A stretch of DNA of 60,073 bases, counting the filler, from Sphacelaria rigidula (taxonomy: Eukaryota), in NCBI GenBank assembly GCA_964200075.2. It is 9 parts of 9 records of this genome, joined end to end, with 100 filler letters (N's around TTAATTAATTAA, not from the genome) between each part and the next. Parts side by side here need not be neighbours in the genome. Positions count along the whole stretch, not along the records: positions 6,687 to 13,272 come from CAXNAA020019201.1; positions 13,373 to 19,958 come from CAXNAA020019202.1; positions 20,059 to 26,644 come from CAXNAA020019203.1; 6 more parts are not named here. One strand, written 5' to 3'. Positions within the stretch are counted from its first letter, which is position 1. Each line of letters opens with the position of its first letter. The position numbers and the translations under genes were made by a program. The notes beneath the pieces are model-generated. The model made no database searches, was not told the origin of the DNA, and worked only from the letters and a program-made list of their open reading frames with translations. Shown one piece after another: positions 11,969-24,670 of this stretch.

Positions 11969-12570
11969 CAAACCTACTGATGGTGGTGGTGTTTTTATCC
12001 TTCGACGCGCCGTCTGCATCATAAACCTGTGTGTTTTATGGCGCAGTGTATACCCTACACCAGTATACCCCAAGAACGATGGTCGCTGGGTCTCTTGGTC
12101 GCTAAGTCGTGACCTGCTTCCACCGCCTTGTTTTTTTTTCTTGTGCGCCCTCTTCACCTGAAGCCGTGCGACAGGGGCCTGTCATGTTGATTTCCCGGAG
12201 CGGTACTAGATGTCCGCATGACGTCTTCCTTGGTGTTCTCGATTGGGTTCATTCCCCACCTCATTCCCCACCTCATTCCCCACCTCCTTTTCATCTCTCC
12301 CCGTTCTCATTCGACTCTGTGCGTTCTCTTCATGTTTCCCCTTCGTCCAGTTCCCTTAACTCATAGCGACTGTTTCCGTTTTTCCACCCTCGGTACGTCT
12401 ACACGTCCATGTTGTGACCACTACAAAAGATGCTCCGTAGTTGCTGTTGATAAGGTAATGTACGGCAATTAGTCTGTCACTTGATCAATCAGTCAACCAC
12501 TCAATCAATGCGGGCGACCTCTGCAAAGAACTCGACCACGCGCATGGTACACATGCTGATCATTGTCCAG

Positions 12571-12889
12571 GCTGTACGCAGAGAAGGGTGTCCTGGCGAG
12601 AGGTCTAGCACATCCCATGGTTTTCATGGGACAGACCACTCCCAGGGCTCTCGACGGGACTGTATCGGGAGTCATCAGGGAGAGCGAACACACGGAAACA
12701 GGGGTTGCCGGACAGCACAAACACCCTGCCAGCGAGGCAGCAACAACAACAGCATCTGAGGCTGTGCCGGGCAACCCGAGTAGGGCTGGTGCCAAACCCA
12801 GTAGTGGCGAGGCGAAGGGTAAGGTAGCTGAGGACGGATCGAAAAAGAAGGATGAGAATGCAAACGGAATGATGAACTTCTTCTCCAAG
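12571..12889 (+). CDS. Exon of PES-like gene (acyltransferase domain with low-complexity insertion); gene continues beyond the contig
   Basis: tccag|(R)LYAEKGVLARGLAHPMVF...GMMNFFSK|gtgagg. RGLAHP is the conserved PES/DGAT2-like motif. Confidence 0.88.
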
Positions 12890-13599
12890 GTGAGGAGTGT
12901 AGTACAGCGAGTGTAATAGTTTTTCCGACGTCCCCCACGGTGTGTCGTGACGAACTTATTTCCGAGGCAGCAGTACAAGAGCAAGGTTTTCTATTTCTTT
13001 TGCGAGATGACTGTGCACCCCGGTATCTATCTCCAACGATAAAGGGAAACGCGGGGCACCTCTGTGTTCATTCGAATTTCGTGGGGGCACCAAGTAAAAG
13101 TGGTCCCCACCGTGGCCTGTCGAGATGAAGCCTTTGCCCGCGCATCGATGAAGCTGAGGGGTAGGTGGTGAAGTTTCTCGACTCGACTCATACGTTTTCT
13201 TCTTACACTTGGTACCAGTACAGACACTGTGTACATACTCGCCAGAATCTATCACGGTCAGGACATCATCACNNNNNNNNNNNNNNNNNNNNNNNNNNNN
13301 NNNNNNNNNNNNNNNNTTAATTAATTAANNNNNNNNNNNNNNNNNNNNNNNNNNNNNNNNNNNNNNNNNNNNGGGAATCGAACCCCACAACTCAACCGTC
13401 AGAAGGTTCTGAGGTTACCGACTGAGCCACCGGGGCGACCGGCTATACATTTTCTAATATACATATTGAATCACCAATGTATATTGCTATACCAATATGT
13501 ATTGTGACGGTCGACTCCCTCGTGTTTTGTTCGCCCAATATATATTGGACGCATTGGCGCACGACATATTGGGGCGGTAATATATTTTGGCGCTTCGGG

Positions 13600-14860
13600 T
13601 GTTGAGTATATTGAATCGGCAATATATTATGGTCCCCATCTCTGATTTTCTCATCTTTTGTTCCTGGTGGTTTCTTTTTTTCTTGTCTGTTTTTGGTTTC
13701 GTCTGTCCCCCCCCCCCCGCCGCCGCCGCCGCCGGAACGAGCCTGGCTCTGTTCTCTTGTCTATTGTATTTCTTTCTTCACGTTTTATTCTTTTACTTTT
13801 CTTTTATTTCATTTTTTTCACTTTTCTCTTTTTTTTTCCGATCACGAGCTGGAGTGTTGCAATCAGCTACGCAAGGCACGATCATTATCTTTTTGTGTTG
13901 TTCGTGCTTGTATTTGTGTTTGCGTATGTGTTTGTTCTTGTTGCTGTTTGTTGTTGGTGGTGGTGGTGGTGTTTTTTGTTGTCATCGCTGCCCCCTTTCT
14001 TTCCTTTCGGAGGCCGTTGCTTATGTTTTTTTCTGTTCCTTTCTTTCTTTTCTCTTTTATTATCATTATGTTCTATTTTTGCTGCTGCTGACCACGGGCT
14101 GGATTGTTGCAATCAGCTAATGTGAGATAATCAATCAATCAATCATCAATATATTGACCTGGTGTGGCATTCAATATATTACTTAACAAATATATATCGG
14201 TGCCTTGCCGCACCAACATATTACTCGGCCAATATATATATTGAGGTGGCGCGTGTCGTGATATATGGTTCGGTCGATCTATATTGTCCTTCCTTTGTCC
14301 AAAAAATAAAATACAACCAACTATCCAACCATCCATCCATCCATCCCTCAATCAATCTTCAATTAATTTATGGTCCTTCCGTTGTCCAAAAAATAAAATA
14401 CAACCAACCATCCTACCAACCAACCAACCATCCATCCCATAGCGAATATGAATAGGACCGTTTTTTCTTTTATAAAACGATATCATACACGCCATGTCCA
14501 GAAGCTAGTAGCTGCCCACGGGTGCTCCATGTGGCGTGGTTCGTGGAGTCTTGGCGTTTGTGTTCGTATTTTTTTTTTTTACTTTGTTGCGGGTCTGGTA
14601 TCGGTTATGATTCTGTATGTGAGTTACTTTATGTGTATGTGAAACTGATAAAATGAAAAATGATAGAATATGTATAATAATTAATTGATCCAAGGTTGAC
14701 TGAGGATGGATGGTTGGATTGTATTTTTTGGAGAAATTGTAATTAATTAAATATTGTTTGAGGATGGTTGGATGATGGTTGTATTGCACATCGCGAGCTT
14801 TGACATATTGGTGACACAATATATATATATATATATATATATCGACTTTCCTCTCTTGCC
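13600..14860. repeat. Low-complexity / microsatellite-rich tract (T-rich, GTT/GGT, CCAT/CCAA, TA)
   Basis: Simple-sequence runs and repeated aatatatt motifs are visible directly. Overlapping ORFs are compositionally biased. Confidence 0.7.
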
Positions 14861-14949
14861 ATCATATTGCTCGCCCCAAATATATTGACCACCTGACGCG
14901 TCGACATATTGAGCAAGCAATATATATTACATATTGTATTGGCCAGGAT

Positions 14950-17900
14950 GTGAAGTTCTGTAAGGCTTTCATTACTTCTGTAATTTCTGTAAACCTCCCA
15001 TACCCCTACCACGGGTTAGGGTTTACCCTTGTAGATATACCCGGTGCAAACACCAGTACAGGTATGTACCCTGGGGAGGTATGGATATGGTCCTAATCTC
15101 GACACAATCTGATAACCTGAGCTTGTACCCCAAATCCCCATCGATGAATACTCTCGTTAACTCAGCACCACACACCCACAAAAAACAAATTGTATATGTC
15201 TACACCGACGGGCTGCGAGATAACATCAAGTGGAAATACGAAACAAGAGCAGCAACGCAGGCCGTGAGGATGGGTTATCCCTAGACTCGAGTGGTGGCTC
15301 GAGTGGGGGCTCGAGTGAGGGCAGTTCATCTGTGCCACCAGGGGGGTCAAGTAGCAAGGTGCAGGCCATCGACGTTGATGGTGGTCGTGTCAAAGGTTGT
15401 TCTGTAGGGTACGGTGTTGGTATACCCGGGGTATTTTCCCAGGTATCATGCCGGTACCCGAAAATTGGGTGACTTCTGCGAGGCTTCCACACCGGTACAC
15501 GACAGTTCTGTGAGTTATGTCAGTCCCCCATACTCTTACCCGACAGTTCTGTAAGTTCTGTAAAGCCTCCCATACCCTTGTAGAAATGCCTGGATGCGGC
15601 TTCGGTTTTCTGTGCAACATTCATATCCCGATAAGTTCTGTAAGCTCTGTAAGCCTCCCATACCCTGCCCGGCAGGTTCTGTAACTTCCGTGAACTTTCA
15701 AAGCGGTACCCAATAGTTCTATGAGTTCTGTAAGCTTCCCATACCCTTACCCGACAGGTGTGTGAGTTCTGCACAGAATGTTTACCCGTACCCAGAGCGC
15801 GGGTATGCCCTTGACGAAATACCCGATTGCCGGTACGGGTTTCTGCAAGTCTCCCATACCGTACCCGACAAGGTCTGTAATTTCTGTGAGACTTTCATCC
15901 AATACCGGTACCCGACAACTCTGTGAGCTCTGTAACCCTCCCACACCCCCACCCGGGGTTAGAGTATACCGTTGTAGATATACCCGATTGCAGGTGCGAG
16001 TATAGCTGCATACCTTCGGGAGGTGTGGATAGAGGTTCAATCCAAACACAACCTCATGACCTGGACATGTACCTCTCATGGATCAACCCACCCTACTCCT
16101 TCGATCATTCAACACTGCACATCCTTCATTCAACAATGCACATCAGCAAAAACCGAATGTTGGGAAGTTCTCTAGTATGGAATCTGATAGGATACGAGGT
16201 ATTGCTGAGTGGAAATACAAACATGAGCAGCACTGCAGACCGCTAGGATGGATGACCTCCAGACTCGAGTGGTGGCTCGAGCGAGGGCGGTTCATCTACG
16301 CCACCAGAGGACCAAGTAGGAAGACGCACGTCATCGACGTTGATGGTTGTGTCGTGGCCATCAAAGCGCAGCATTATCGACATGCGCAGCGAAGAGTATG
16401 AGCTGCCATCGGAAGTCGTCAAGGCCGTCGACAATTTGGTCGCGCCGAAGGGCTTATAAAGAGCGGGCAGCAGCCGTGAACGCTCCTTAATGTACTCTCT
16501 GGGAGTGTACGTGAAGCCGGTAAATGTTGACGATCCCATGCACATGTATTACTGCGAGTGTTCGTGTAGTCTTTCTCTATCGACCCCGTGAAGCCGTTCA
16601 GCGTATTCGTGAACTGTCATCTGTACTTCCCCATTGTAGTAACGTAGGTCGTACCACAGGGGTGATGATAATACCACGGTTGTATTTTGTAGGTTACAGT
16701 TTTCTATTCACCAGCGGTATTTTCCCGGGCATTTACCGTATCTTGCAGTTCTGTGGCTTCTCTGAGACTTTCATACCGATACCCGACAGTTTTGTCAACT
16801 CTGTCGGACTTTCATATCTTTACCCGATAGTTCTGTAAGTTCTGTAAGCTCCCCATACCGTTGCCGGGGGGCATGGGTATGCTTTTGATGAGATACCCTG
16901 TTGCGGGTTCGGTTTCTGTGCAACCTCCATGCCCTACCCGCCAGTTTCTGTAAGGTCTGTAAGCCTCCCATACCCTTACCCGACAGCGGTGTGAGTTCTG
17001 TACATAATGTTTACCTGTACCCGGAGCGCGGGAATGCTCTTAAGGACATACCGATTTGCCGGTACGGGCTTCTGTAAGCCTCCCATGGCGTACCCGACAA
17101 GTTCTGTAGTTTCTCGAAGACTTTCAAACCGGTACCCGACAGTTTTATAATTCCTGCAAGACTTTCATATACCGGTAATCGATTCTTCTGAAAGTTCTGT
17201 GAGGAATCGCATGCCCTACAGAATACAACCGTGAAAATCTTTTTTTGGCAAATTCCAAGAGCTGTCCATGTCCAGTGGCAGAAATCTTGTCTGAGAAGCA
17301 CATCCTCCAGGAAAAACAGAAAAAGGCTTTGAGTTTATTCGGACATGAAGGGGCAAGAAACGAAAAAAACTCTCCATGGTTGTCTGCGGGTGGGGGCGTT
17401 GTTTGACGGCGTTTTCGGGTGTCCAAACAACCGGTTTCACCCCGAGAAAAGTGCCCATGCGTGAAGGAAACAAAAATGGAAGAATTGTGCTGCACGAATT
17501 ATATGTACATACGATACGATGCTACAGGCTCAAGATACAGTGATCAACAAAACACACCAGGCAGGGCCAAGACCTTCGTGAGATCGCTTGGACAATACTC
17601 ACTCGCAGGTTACCCGGCAATTCTGTTGCTGTGTTTTCAAAATGGGACGACCTGAACCAGCCGGCAGTTTATTATGTCGGTTTTCAGGTGATGGGGTGCT
17701 TCATTTGAGGAGTTGGGCACTACATTTTCAAGGTTGTGTTCTGCAGGGTACGGGTATGCTTGGTAGGGTATGGTTCCTTACAGACCGCACATAAAGTGTC
17801 GGGGAGGGTATGGAAGTTGCACAGGAAACCGCACCCGCAACCGGGTATCTTATCAAGAACATACCCGTGCCCCTCGGTAACGGTACGGGAGGCTTTCAGA

Positions 17901-18460
17901 ACTCACGAAAATATCGGGTAGGGGTACGTATGAAAGTCTTGACACGTCGGACGAGTCATTACTCGTCGAAACGAGTGCACTCGTGGATGCTTTTTGAAAA
18001 CATGACGAGCATGACTCGTGTGCTCGTCCTGTTAAATATTTTCCACAACGACCAATGACTCGAGTGCTCGCCCTGTTAAATGTTTTCCACAACGAGCAAT
18101 GACTCGAGAGCTCGCCCTATTAGTTTATTTCCATAACCAGCGATGACTCGAGTCCTCGCCCTCTTAGTTTGTTTCCACAACGAGCAATGATTCGAGTGCT
18201 CGCCCTATTAGTTGTTTTCATAACAAGCATTGACTCGAGTGCTTGCCCTATGGAGTTTTACGGCCAACGAGCAGCCCAACGAGTTCGAGTGCCACGAGTC
18301 ACACTCGTGCTCGTCCGACGTGTGAAAGTCTGACAGAATTGATAGAACTGTCGGGTACCGGCACAAAATTCTTACAGAACTCACAGAACTATCGTGTACG
18401 ATGAATACCCGGAAAAATACACCGGGTGTACAGAAAATGGTACCCTACAAGACACAACCT
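14950..18460. repeat. Array of degenerate short repeats (ttctgtaagttctgtaagcctcccatacccttacccgacag) in both orientations, probably subterminal repeats of nested non-autonomous DNA transposons
   Basis: The motif recurs many times in 14955-17210 and in reverse complement at 17745-17940 and 18325-18460. A related piece lies at 53740-53840. Confidence 0.7.
17943..18322. mobile_element. CACGTCGGAC-TIR element with internal ~45-bp tandem repeats
   Basis: cacgtcggacgag...ctcgtccgacgtg, flanked by tgaaagtcttga / tgaaagtctga. Internal units are atgactcgagtgctcgccct. A truncated inverted copy lies at ~40215-40505. Confidence 0.75.
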
Positions 18461-20387
18461 TAAAGATTTTCGTCATTTATTTTCGAGTACATTTCACAAA
18501 ATTATGGGTGAAAAAGCGGACCTGGACGGGGACTTTGTTTCCTGTTACCTGGACTTTCTAGCCATGCTATTTCAAAATAGATGGCAGCAAACGAGTCCTC
18601 TCAAGATCCCCTGGACGAAGGTGTTTATCCATTTTTTCGCGATAAAAACGAGAGATGTCTCTGATGTCGTTTCGCTGCTGCCGGCTTTTAGGAGAACATA
18701 TAACACCATATGCGGGGCTAGCGTGACCTGCGATGGACGGCAGCGACAGCCGAGGCTAGACGATGATTTTCCTCCTCGTTCTTTGGCAAGGGTTGACCGT
18801 GGTCAAGATGGTAGGCAGTAGGATCAATGGGCACCGGATTAGAGGCAGATGTAGGGTGATTTCCAGGGGGCCTGGACTGTTTCTCTTCTAGGCTGAGCTC
18901 TTTCTACCGACAAGATCCTGTCGTCAAGGGTCCGAGAGTCGGCTGTACAGATACGAGAGTATCGGGCCCCTCGAACAGTCCACGGTTGGAACTAACAGTG
19001 GATTCTGGAAAATGGGGTCGATCTCTGAAATTAGGTTCAAGTGGCATATCTTTCTGCAGGGATGCCGCGAAACAGTTACACAGAGCGAAACCATATTTCC
19101 ACCGAAAAGCCTGCAGCAGTGAATCAGTTGTGGCTAAATGCACCGAACGAATGCGGTGTACACGCGGGTCGATGACGATATCACCACAGAGAGAAGCAAC
19201 GACAGAGAGGAAGCTCCTCGCCCGTGTCCTTTGTGTGTCCTCGCTCGACGATTACCAATCGCTCGAGAGACTGGCATCATGCATGTTACCAGCACGTACC
19301 GAATTCGTCATGTGCCGGTAGGTATGCTATTATATTGCTGCGCACCGCTCTCCAAAGAACATCGAGCTGCGGAGAGATTTCGTCTCTTCTTGTCTCTGGA
19401 GCTCACCAACGCGAACATCGATTTCTCTCTGCCTCTCTTTTTTGACAGGACGCGCCTCTGTGCGCTGAAAAACATGTCGCTGATAAACAGGGCAATGTTC
19501 CCGTCACCGCTACCATTACTCTCTGTGCCACACATGCCAGCAACGACGGTGCGCTGCGGCAAAAATAACATATCCAATTTAAACTTGGGGGGTGTTATTC
19601 ATCGTTGATTTCACCCGACATGACACATGTGACCATCCAGGTGCCCGACCACAAGAACCTGCCCCAGGCCAGTTGGGGTGTGTGTGAGAGAGAGAACAAA
19701 CACTTGTGGATACCTTCTTGACATGCAGAGTGAAAAAATATACCTGTGGGGGTGACCCAACTGTTACTGGCGTGGTGCAGACGGGCGCGTCAGCTGCAAT
19801 CTGGAGCTTTCGTTGCTCTACTTTACTGACTCCCGTCTGCAGAGAGGTCACACACGGTAACAACATGTTATGTACCGAAATTGAGAACAACTATAGAAAC
19901 AGAACATTCCGATTTTCTGAACTACGTCCAGATCATTGAAATGATTCTTGATACCTGANNNNNNNNNNNNNNNNNNNNNNNNNNNNNNNNNNNNNNNNNN
20001 NNTTAATTAATTAANNNNNNNNNNNNNNNNNNNNNNNNNNNNNNNNNNNNNNNNNNNNTGCAAGACAGATATGCCACTTCAGCCCCAAATTTTGTTTGAA
20101 CCCCAAAATATAAAATCGGCTGTTACGAAGAGGTGCATTTCAGGGGAACAGTTACGTGGGGACGTCGGTCGTAATAATTGAGGCACATCTGGAAATATCA
20201 ATCGTTTATCTGTGAAATCTCATGCGGTCAAAGTGGACCACAGTACAAGAAGCAGAGTAGGAAACTACTCGTGACCTCTAACATGCAGGTGTAAGAGGCA
20301 TTACGCGCACACGAGGGCTAAACAGGCAGTGCGATAGCCAGCAAGGTATAACTACCCATGGGCGGTGAAGGCAAACTCGCAACGCCT

Positions 20388-20575
20388 CAGGCGGGACAGT
20401 AACCGTAGAGCAGCAAAACAAAGTCGGGGCAGTAACCGCAGAGCATTAAAACAAAATTGCATTGTTTTAAGGCGGGACAGTAACCGCAGAGCAGCAAAAC
20501 AAAGTCGGGGCAGTAACCGCAGAGCATTAAAACAAAATTGCATCGTTTTAAGGCGGAACAGTAACCGCAGAGCGG
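20388..20575. repeat. 81-bp tandem repeat (~2.3 copies) followed by a CAA/CAG-rich tract to ~20870
   Basis: aggcgggacagtaaccgcagagcagcaaaacaaagtcggggcagtaaccgcagagcattaaaacaaaattgc is repeated. Confidence 0.85.
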
Positions 20576-21992
20576 GGTAACCGACAGCGCAGCGGAAACA
20601 GCCGCAGCAACTGCAGCAGCAAAGTTGATGGTAGCAACAAAACCGACAGCAACACAGCAGCAGTAGCAGCAACCGCACCGGCCGAAACAACAGTAGACGA
20701 TAACAGGCAGAAGCAACGCCACCACCACCACCAACAACAACAACAACCACAGCCGATAACAAAAGCGACAGACGGTAACAGCAGCACAATAACAGAGACG
20801 AAGGACAACAACGAGAACCGCAACAAACAAACAACGAGCAGCCACAACAACGGATAACAACAACGCGGCTGCACAGCTTCCGCAGCTGTCTGGAACTTGA
20901 TGTCCCAAAACGCCCCGGACTATTTGTAGACCCTCTGGTTCGTTGAACTCGTGCAATCTCGTTCAATCGTATTGCATTATGCCAATTGTTTTGGCTAATT
21001 TATTTCACTTTTGCTTTGGACGTCTGCCGTGGCGTGCTGACGAACCATCCCGGATGAACTCGTGCATAAAGCCGTTGGTGGCGCTCTGCTTGGGTTGTAT
21101 GTAACGCAGTGCAATGCGGCGGGAAACGACGAAATACCACGCACAGACAGGACGACAACGCCTACCTGGTCCATGCTTACTCTTTACTGTTCCGCGTAAT
21201 TTTGACTGAGGCAATCCGAAAAGAGAGTACAAGCATACCCTGGTGCAGTTGTTTTTGCTATTGAAACCACTGAGGGCACGCAACTGTGAAGCAGCGCGGT
21301 TGTGTTGTTTCGTACTCATGGGAAGAAGGGCTTATGTTGCAGTGTGGATTTTCTCACAAGTGTGCAAGCCACATTATTTACCATATATAAATGGAGTGAC
21401 ACAACAAAATGAAACCTCAAACCTCCCCACATATTGTTTTTTACGGAGGTGCATGCTACGTTCGTACCTCTTTGGGGATCATGCCGGAGTTGACTCTACA
21501 GAAGCACGGTCGGACACCATGCCATGGTTCGATACTCACCACCTAGGTAGGAAGGTGCCAGTTCAATGGGCACCGGGGGCTAGCGAGCCCAAACACAATC
21601 ATTAGTATCGAAGCCGTTGAGCTCGACTTTACCAGGTTAGAGTCAGTCATGTTTGCAGCGTCGCGCTGCATACTCGATGAGCCGCTCAGACGCTAGAGCA
21701 ACATATGTTGCATGAAGGACAGGCTTACATTTAGTGAAGACCAGAGAACCCTCTGATACCGCAGTCCGTGATGGCGTAGATGCTCTTGTATTATTGGCGT
21801 ACAGGCTAACTTGTGCATTGCTAGTTGAGATGCATAGTCCAAAACGCTGTAACCCATGGGGGGCAGCCAAGTCAATCCAATAACACAATGTAGTATGACC
21901 CATCAGGTACCAAGCATAACAAAGTATGACGCATGGAACGTAGTCGACTGGAAAATGACCAATAAATCTGTAACACATGCTATATAAAACGC

Positions 21993-22140
21993 GATTTGTA
22001 CAGTCTCTGCTGTTCGAAATAGATCCTTCATGCCCGACGTCGGGCATGAAGGACCTATTTCGAACAGCAGAGACTGTACAAATCCCATATCGGGCATGAA
22101 GGATCTATTTCGAACAGCAGAGACTGTACAAATCCCATAT
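21993..22140. repeat. 92-bp spacerless palindrome plus 50-bp direct duplication of its right arm
   Basis: The arms 21993-22038 and 22039-22084 differ by one mismatch, centred on cccgac|gtcggg. The right arm is repeated at 22090-22140. Confidence 0.9.
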
Positions 22141-23149
22141 ACACTGGTAGGTGGGATTTGTAAAGCAAAAGCTGTTCGAAGCAAATCTTATTCCTTTTGC
22201 GCATTTATTCATCCTGTAATTGGGCAAAGGAAAGACTTATTTACGAGCAATCTCTGCTGTTGTTCAAGTCCCACATACGAGTGTATGTCCACACGGCCGC
22301 GCTATACAGCTTTTGACCGGTGGGTATATGGTGTACATTGGGGGAATACCTTGCTCTCATATAGATACAGGTCCTGCAAACCCCGTAGTTCATGGTCTAC
22401 GAATTGAGTGAAAACCGCGATATATGTTCTTCGTGTACGTTGATGGCGCGATATGACGATCACAACGAGAAGCACGCGGTTTGGTGCTGTACTCTGGACA
22501 ATACAATACCGTACAGGACAACACTATATGTCGTGCTTACACGTACGGTGCAATATATATTGCAGAGTTATAGCGTGGCATATGGGCTATACAGAGTGGA
22601 TGCCTGTAAGTTTGCGTACGTGGGGGTGTTATATACCGTCAGCTACTGCAGTACTGTATAGACCACGACGCGCGTTCTTGCAGCTTGCGCACAACTGCCG
22701 TGAGAAGGACGTGAAAAGGAAGCAGACAAAGTACAGTACCGACAGCGTAGAACAATACATGTTTTCTGTTCACAGTGCGACGTGCAAATGACTTGAACAG
22801 CGCGCACAGCTTTGTCTATGGCTGTACTGTCCATGATCACTCGAGTTTGTAGGCAATACGCCGGTCATTCCCCGCACTTTCTATGTACCCCTCGTGGTTC
22901 CGCCGCCGCGCCTGTGCCCAACCCATGCTTTTTCCTGCAGGGTTGTGGTGGTAGCTGGAAATAAGTGTTGTGCGGGGTTTGCATGATTCGATCTGTGAAC
23001 GGTGATATAGTACCACACGATTGCTGGGGTATGCATTTCACAGCAGCAGCGATATGGTCATGTATATATATATATGTCGGACTGATTCGGGAAATTCGAG
23101 GAGTACTCGCCGGAGCATCAGATGCCCTCCAGAGGATTCGTTAATTACA

Positions 23150-23385
23150 TTACAGAGGGATGAAACATCCCTACAGGGTATTCAGACCTCAGAAGTCACC
23201 GGAGGATCAAATGCACTCCAGAAGATTCGCTGATGTCTATTCCAGAGGGATGAAACACCTCTAGAGGGTATTCAGACCTCAGAAGTCAATGGAGCCCTCC
23301 ATAGGATTCGTTTATGTCCAATCCAGAGGGATGAAACACCTCTAGAGGGTATTGTATCCTCCAGAGGGTCATTAACCCTCTAGAG
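23150..23385. repeat. ~85-bp tandem repeat, 3 degenerate copies
   Basis: cagagggatgaaacacctctagagggtattcagacctcagaagtca recurs at ~23152, ~23243 and ~23323. Confidence 0.75.
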
Positions 23386-23399
23386 AATGGAAATCACGA

Positions 23400-24455
23400 T
23401 AGACGATTTCAAACAGGAGCCGAATGGCCGCGTGTGTTGCGTTCGGGTATTTGAGAAAGTATGGAAGAGACATCCGGAATGATCACGGTAGAGGTCTACT
23501 GGAATGCGCTCCGGAGCATTCAATGGACAACGCCAAAACATTGTTTCGCACACCAACTCGTGGGGAAAACTCGATTGTATTAACGTATGCGGCCGGTCAA
23601 ACACCTCTGGTGTCTGGACAACATCCTAGTACGTCAGCAAGACGGCAGGCTCGTCCGCAGTGTCACCATGCACCCCGAGATGAAATCTGACCATCGTCGG
23701 GTCTCATCCGCCATCCGTCTCCTCGTACGGCACGCTCCGTAGGGAACTGTGGTTTGACCACAAAGCCCTCGCGTCCGACTGACGCTGGAGAGCGACTGTC
23801 TCACAGGTCATTGTCACCAAGCTCCCGAATGACAGCAATTGCCCCGCAGTAATGGGTATCACGGCAGGGAATTTACCTTCGCCGGCACCCTGCGACAGAC
23901 GACCGCGGAGACACTCCCTCGATGCCCCTACAAATTCCCAACAAGAGTTTCCGGTGAGTCGACTCAAGCTTATGATTGCCTCCAAAAGGCGTGGGATCTC
24001 AGGGGGGAAAAATGGAAGAAACTGTGAGCAAACTCCAAGACGCTTTCCTGAGGAAGGCGCTGAATGTGATGGACATGGCGTTCAAACGGGTGAGGGATGC
24101 TGAGCTGCGGAAATGCGTTCACGAGGTCAAAGTCCGGACCACAGAGGTTGTTCGCCAGAAACATCAAGCAGGACTGTACAAGCATATCAAGTCCTTGGTA
24201 TTGGAAGGCAAGAAGCAGAGCAACTCGAATGACGTCAACAGCGCGACTGGCGAGCTATTGCGGGGCAAGTGGGCTTTCCTGCAACGATGGAAGGAATGAT
24301 TCGAAGCACTGCTGAACGCAACCTTGCCTACAATCGACCACTCTGTCGTTGTTCTCATCGAAAAGACGCCGGACCACGCACCTCTCGCGGCGGAGCCCTC
24401 GATTGCAGAAGTGGAGAGAGCGGTGGGCTAGCTGGTGAACTGCGGGCCCGTTGAG
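23400..24455 (+). mobile_element. Decayed non-LTR retrotransposon (LINE) fragment: AP-endonuclease end plus endonuclease-RT linker
   Basis: NDHGRGLLEC...KTLF...TY...SDHR resembles the APE motifs. SATGELLRGKWAFLQRWKE*FEALLN matches the G.LL....I..RW.EYF..LLN linker of RTE-like LINEs. The fragment has stops and frameshifts. Confidence 0.7.
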
Positions 24456-24457
24456 GC

Positions 24458-24670
24458 TAGAGGTGGGCATCTGTAAAGGAAAAACCGGTTGTAACCGATT
24501 TTTGGAAACCCCAATAGACGTTAACTGGTTACGATTCTGACATTCAAAAACCAGAGGTTTGTTTTACCGGTTGAAGCGATTTACCGGGAAATCGATTTAA
24601 CCGGCAAAGGGGGGCGTTATTATGGCGGTTGAACCGTTTTTTCCGGTGAACCGCTTTAACCGGTTTATTT
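24458..24670. mobile_element. End of a MITE/DNA transposon with AACCGGTT subterminal repeats, truncating the LINE
   Basis: Begins tagaggtgggc, followed by many aaccg/cggtt motifs. The other end was not located. Confidence 0.45.

Noticed and set aside
13587..14125. Overlapping hydrophobic ORFs of 132-177 aa
   Set aside because: They arise from T-rich low-complexity DNA that is open in all frames.
18005..18300. Regularly spaced palindromic repeats resembling a CRISPR array
   Set aside because: The intervening sequences are similar to each other rather than unique spacers, the array lies inside TIRs, there are no cas genes, and the context is eukaryotic.
19744..19836. VTVGSPPQ as the start of a pepsin-like aspartic protease
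   Set aside because: No downstream exon with DTGS could be found.
20352..20966. Cys/Leu/Val-rich ORFs of 189-204 aa
   Set aside because: They are translations of an 81-bp tandem repeat and a CAA/CAG microsatellite.
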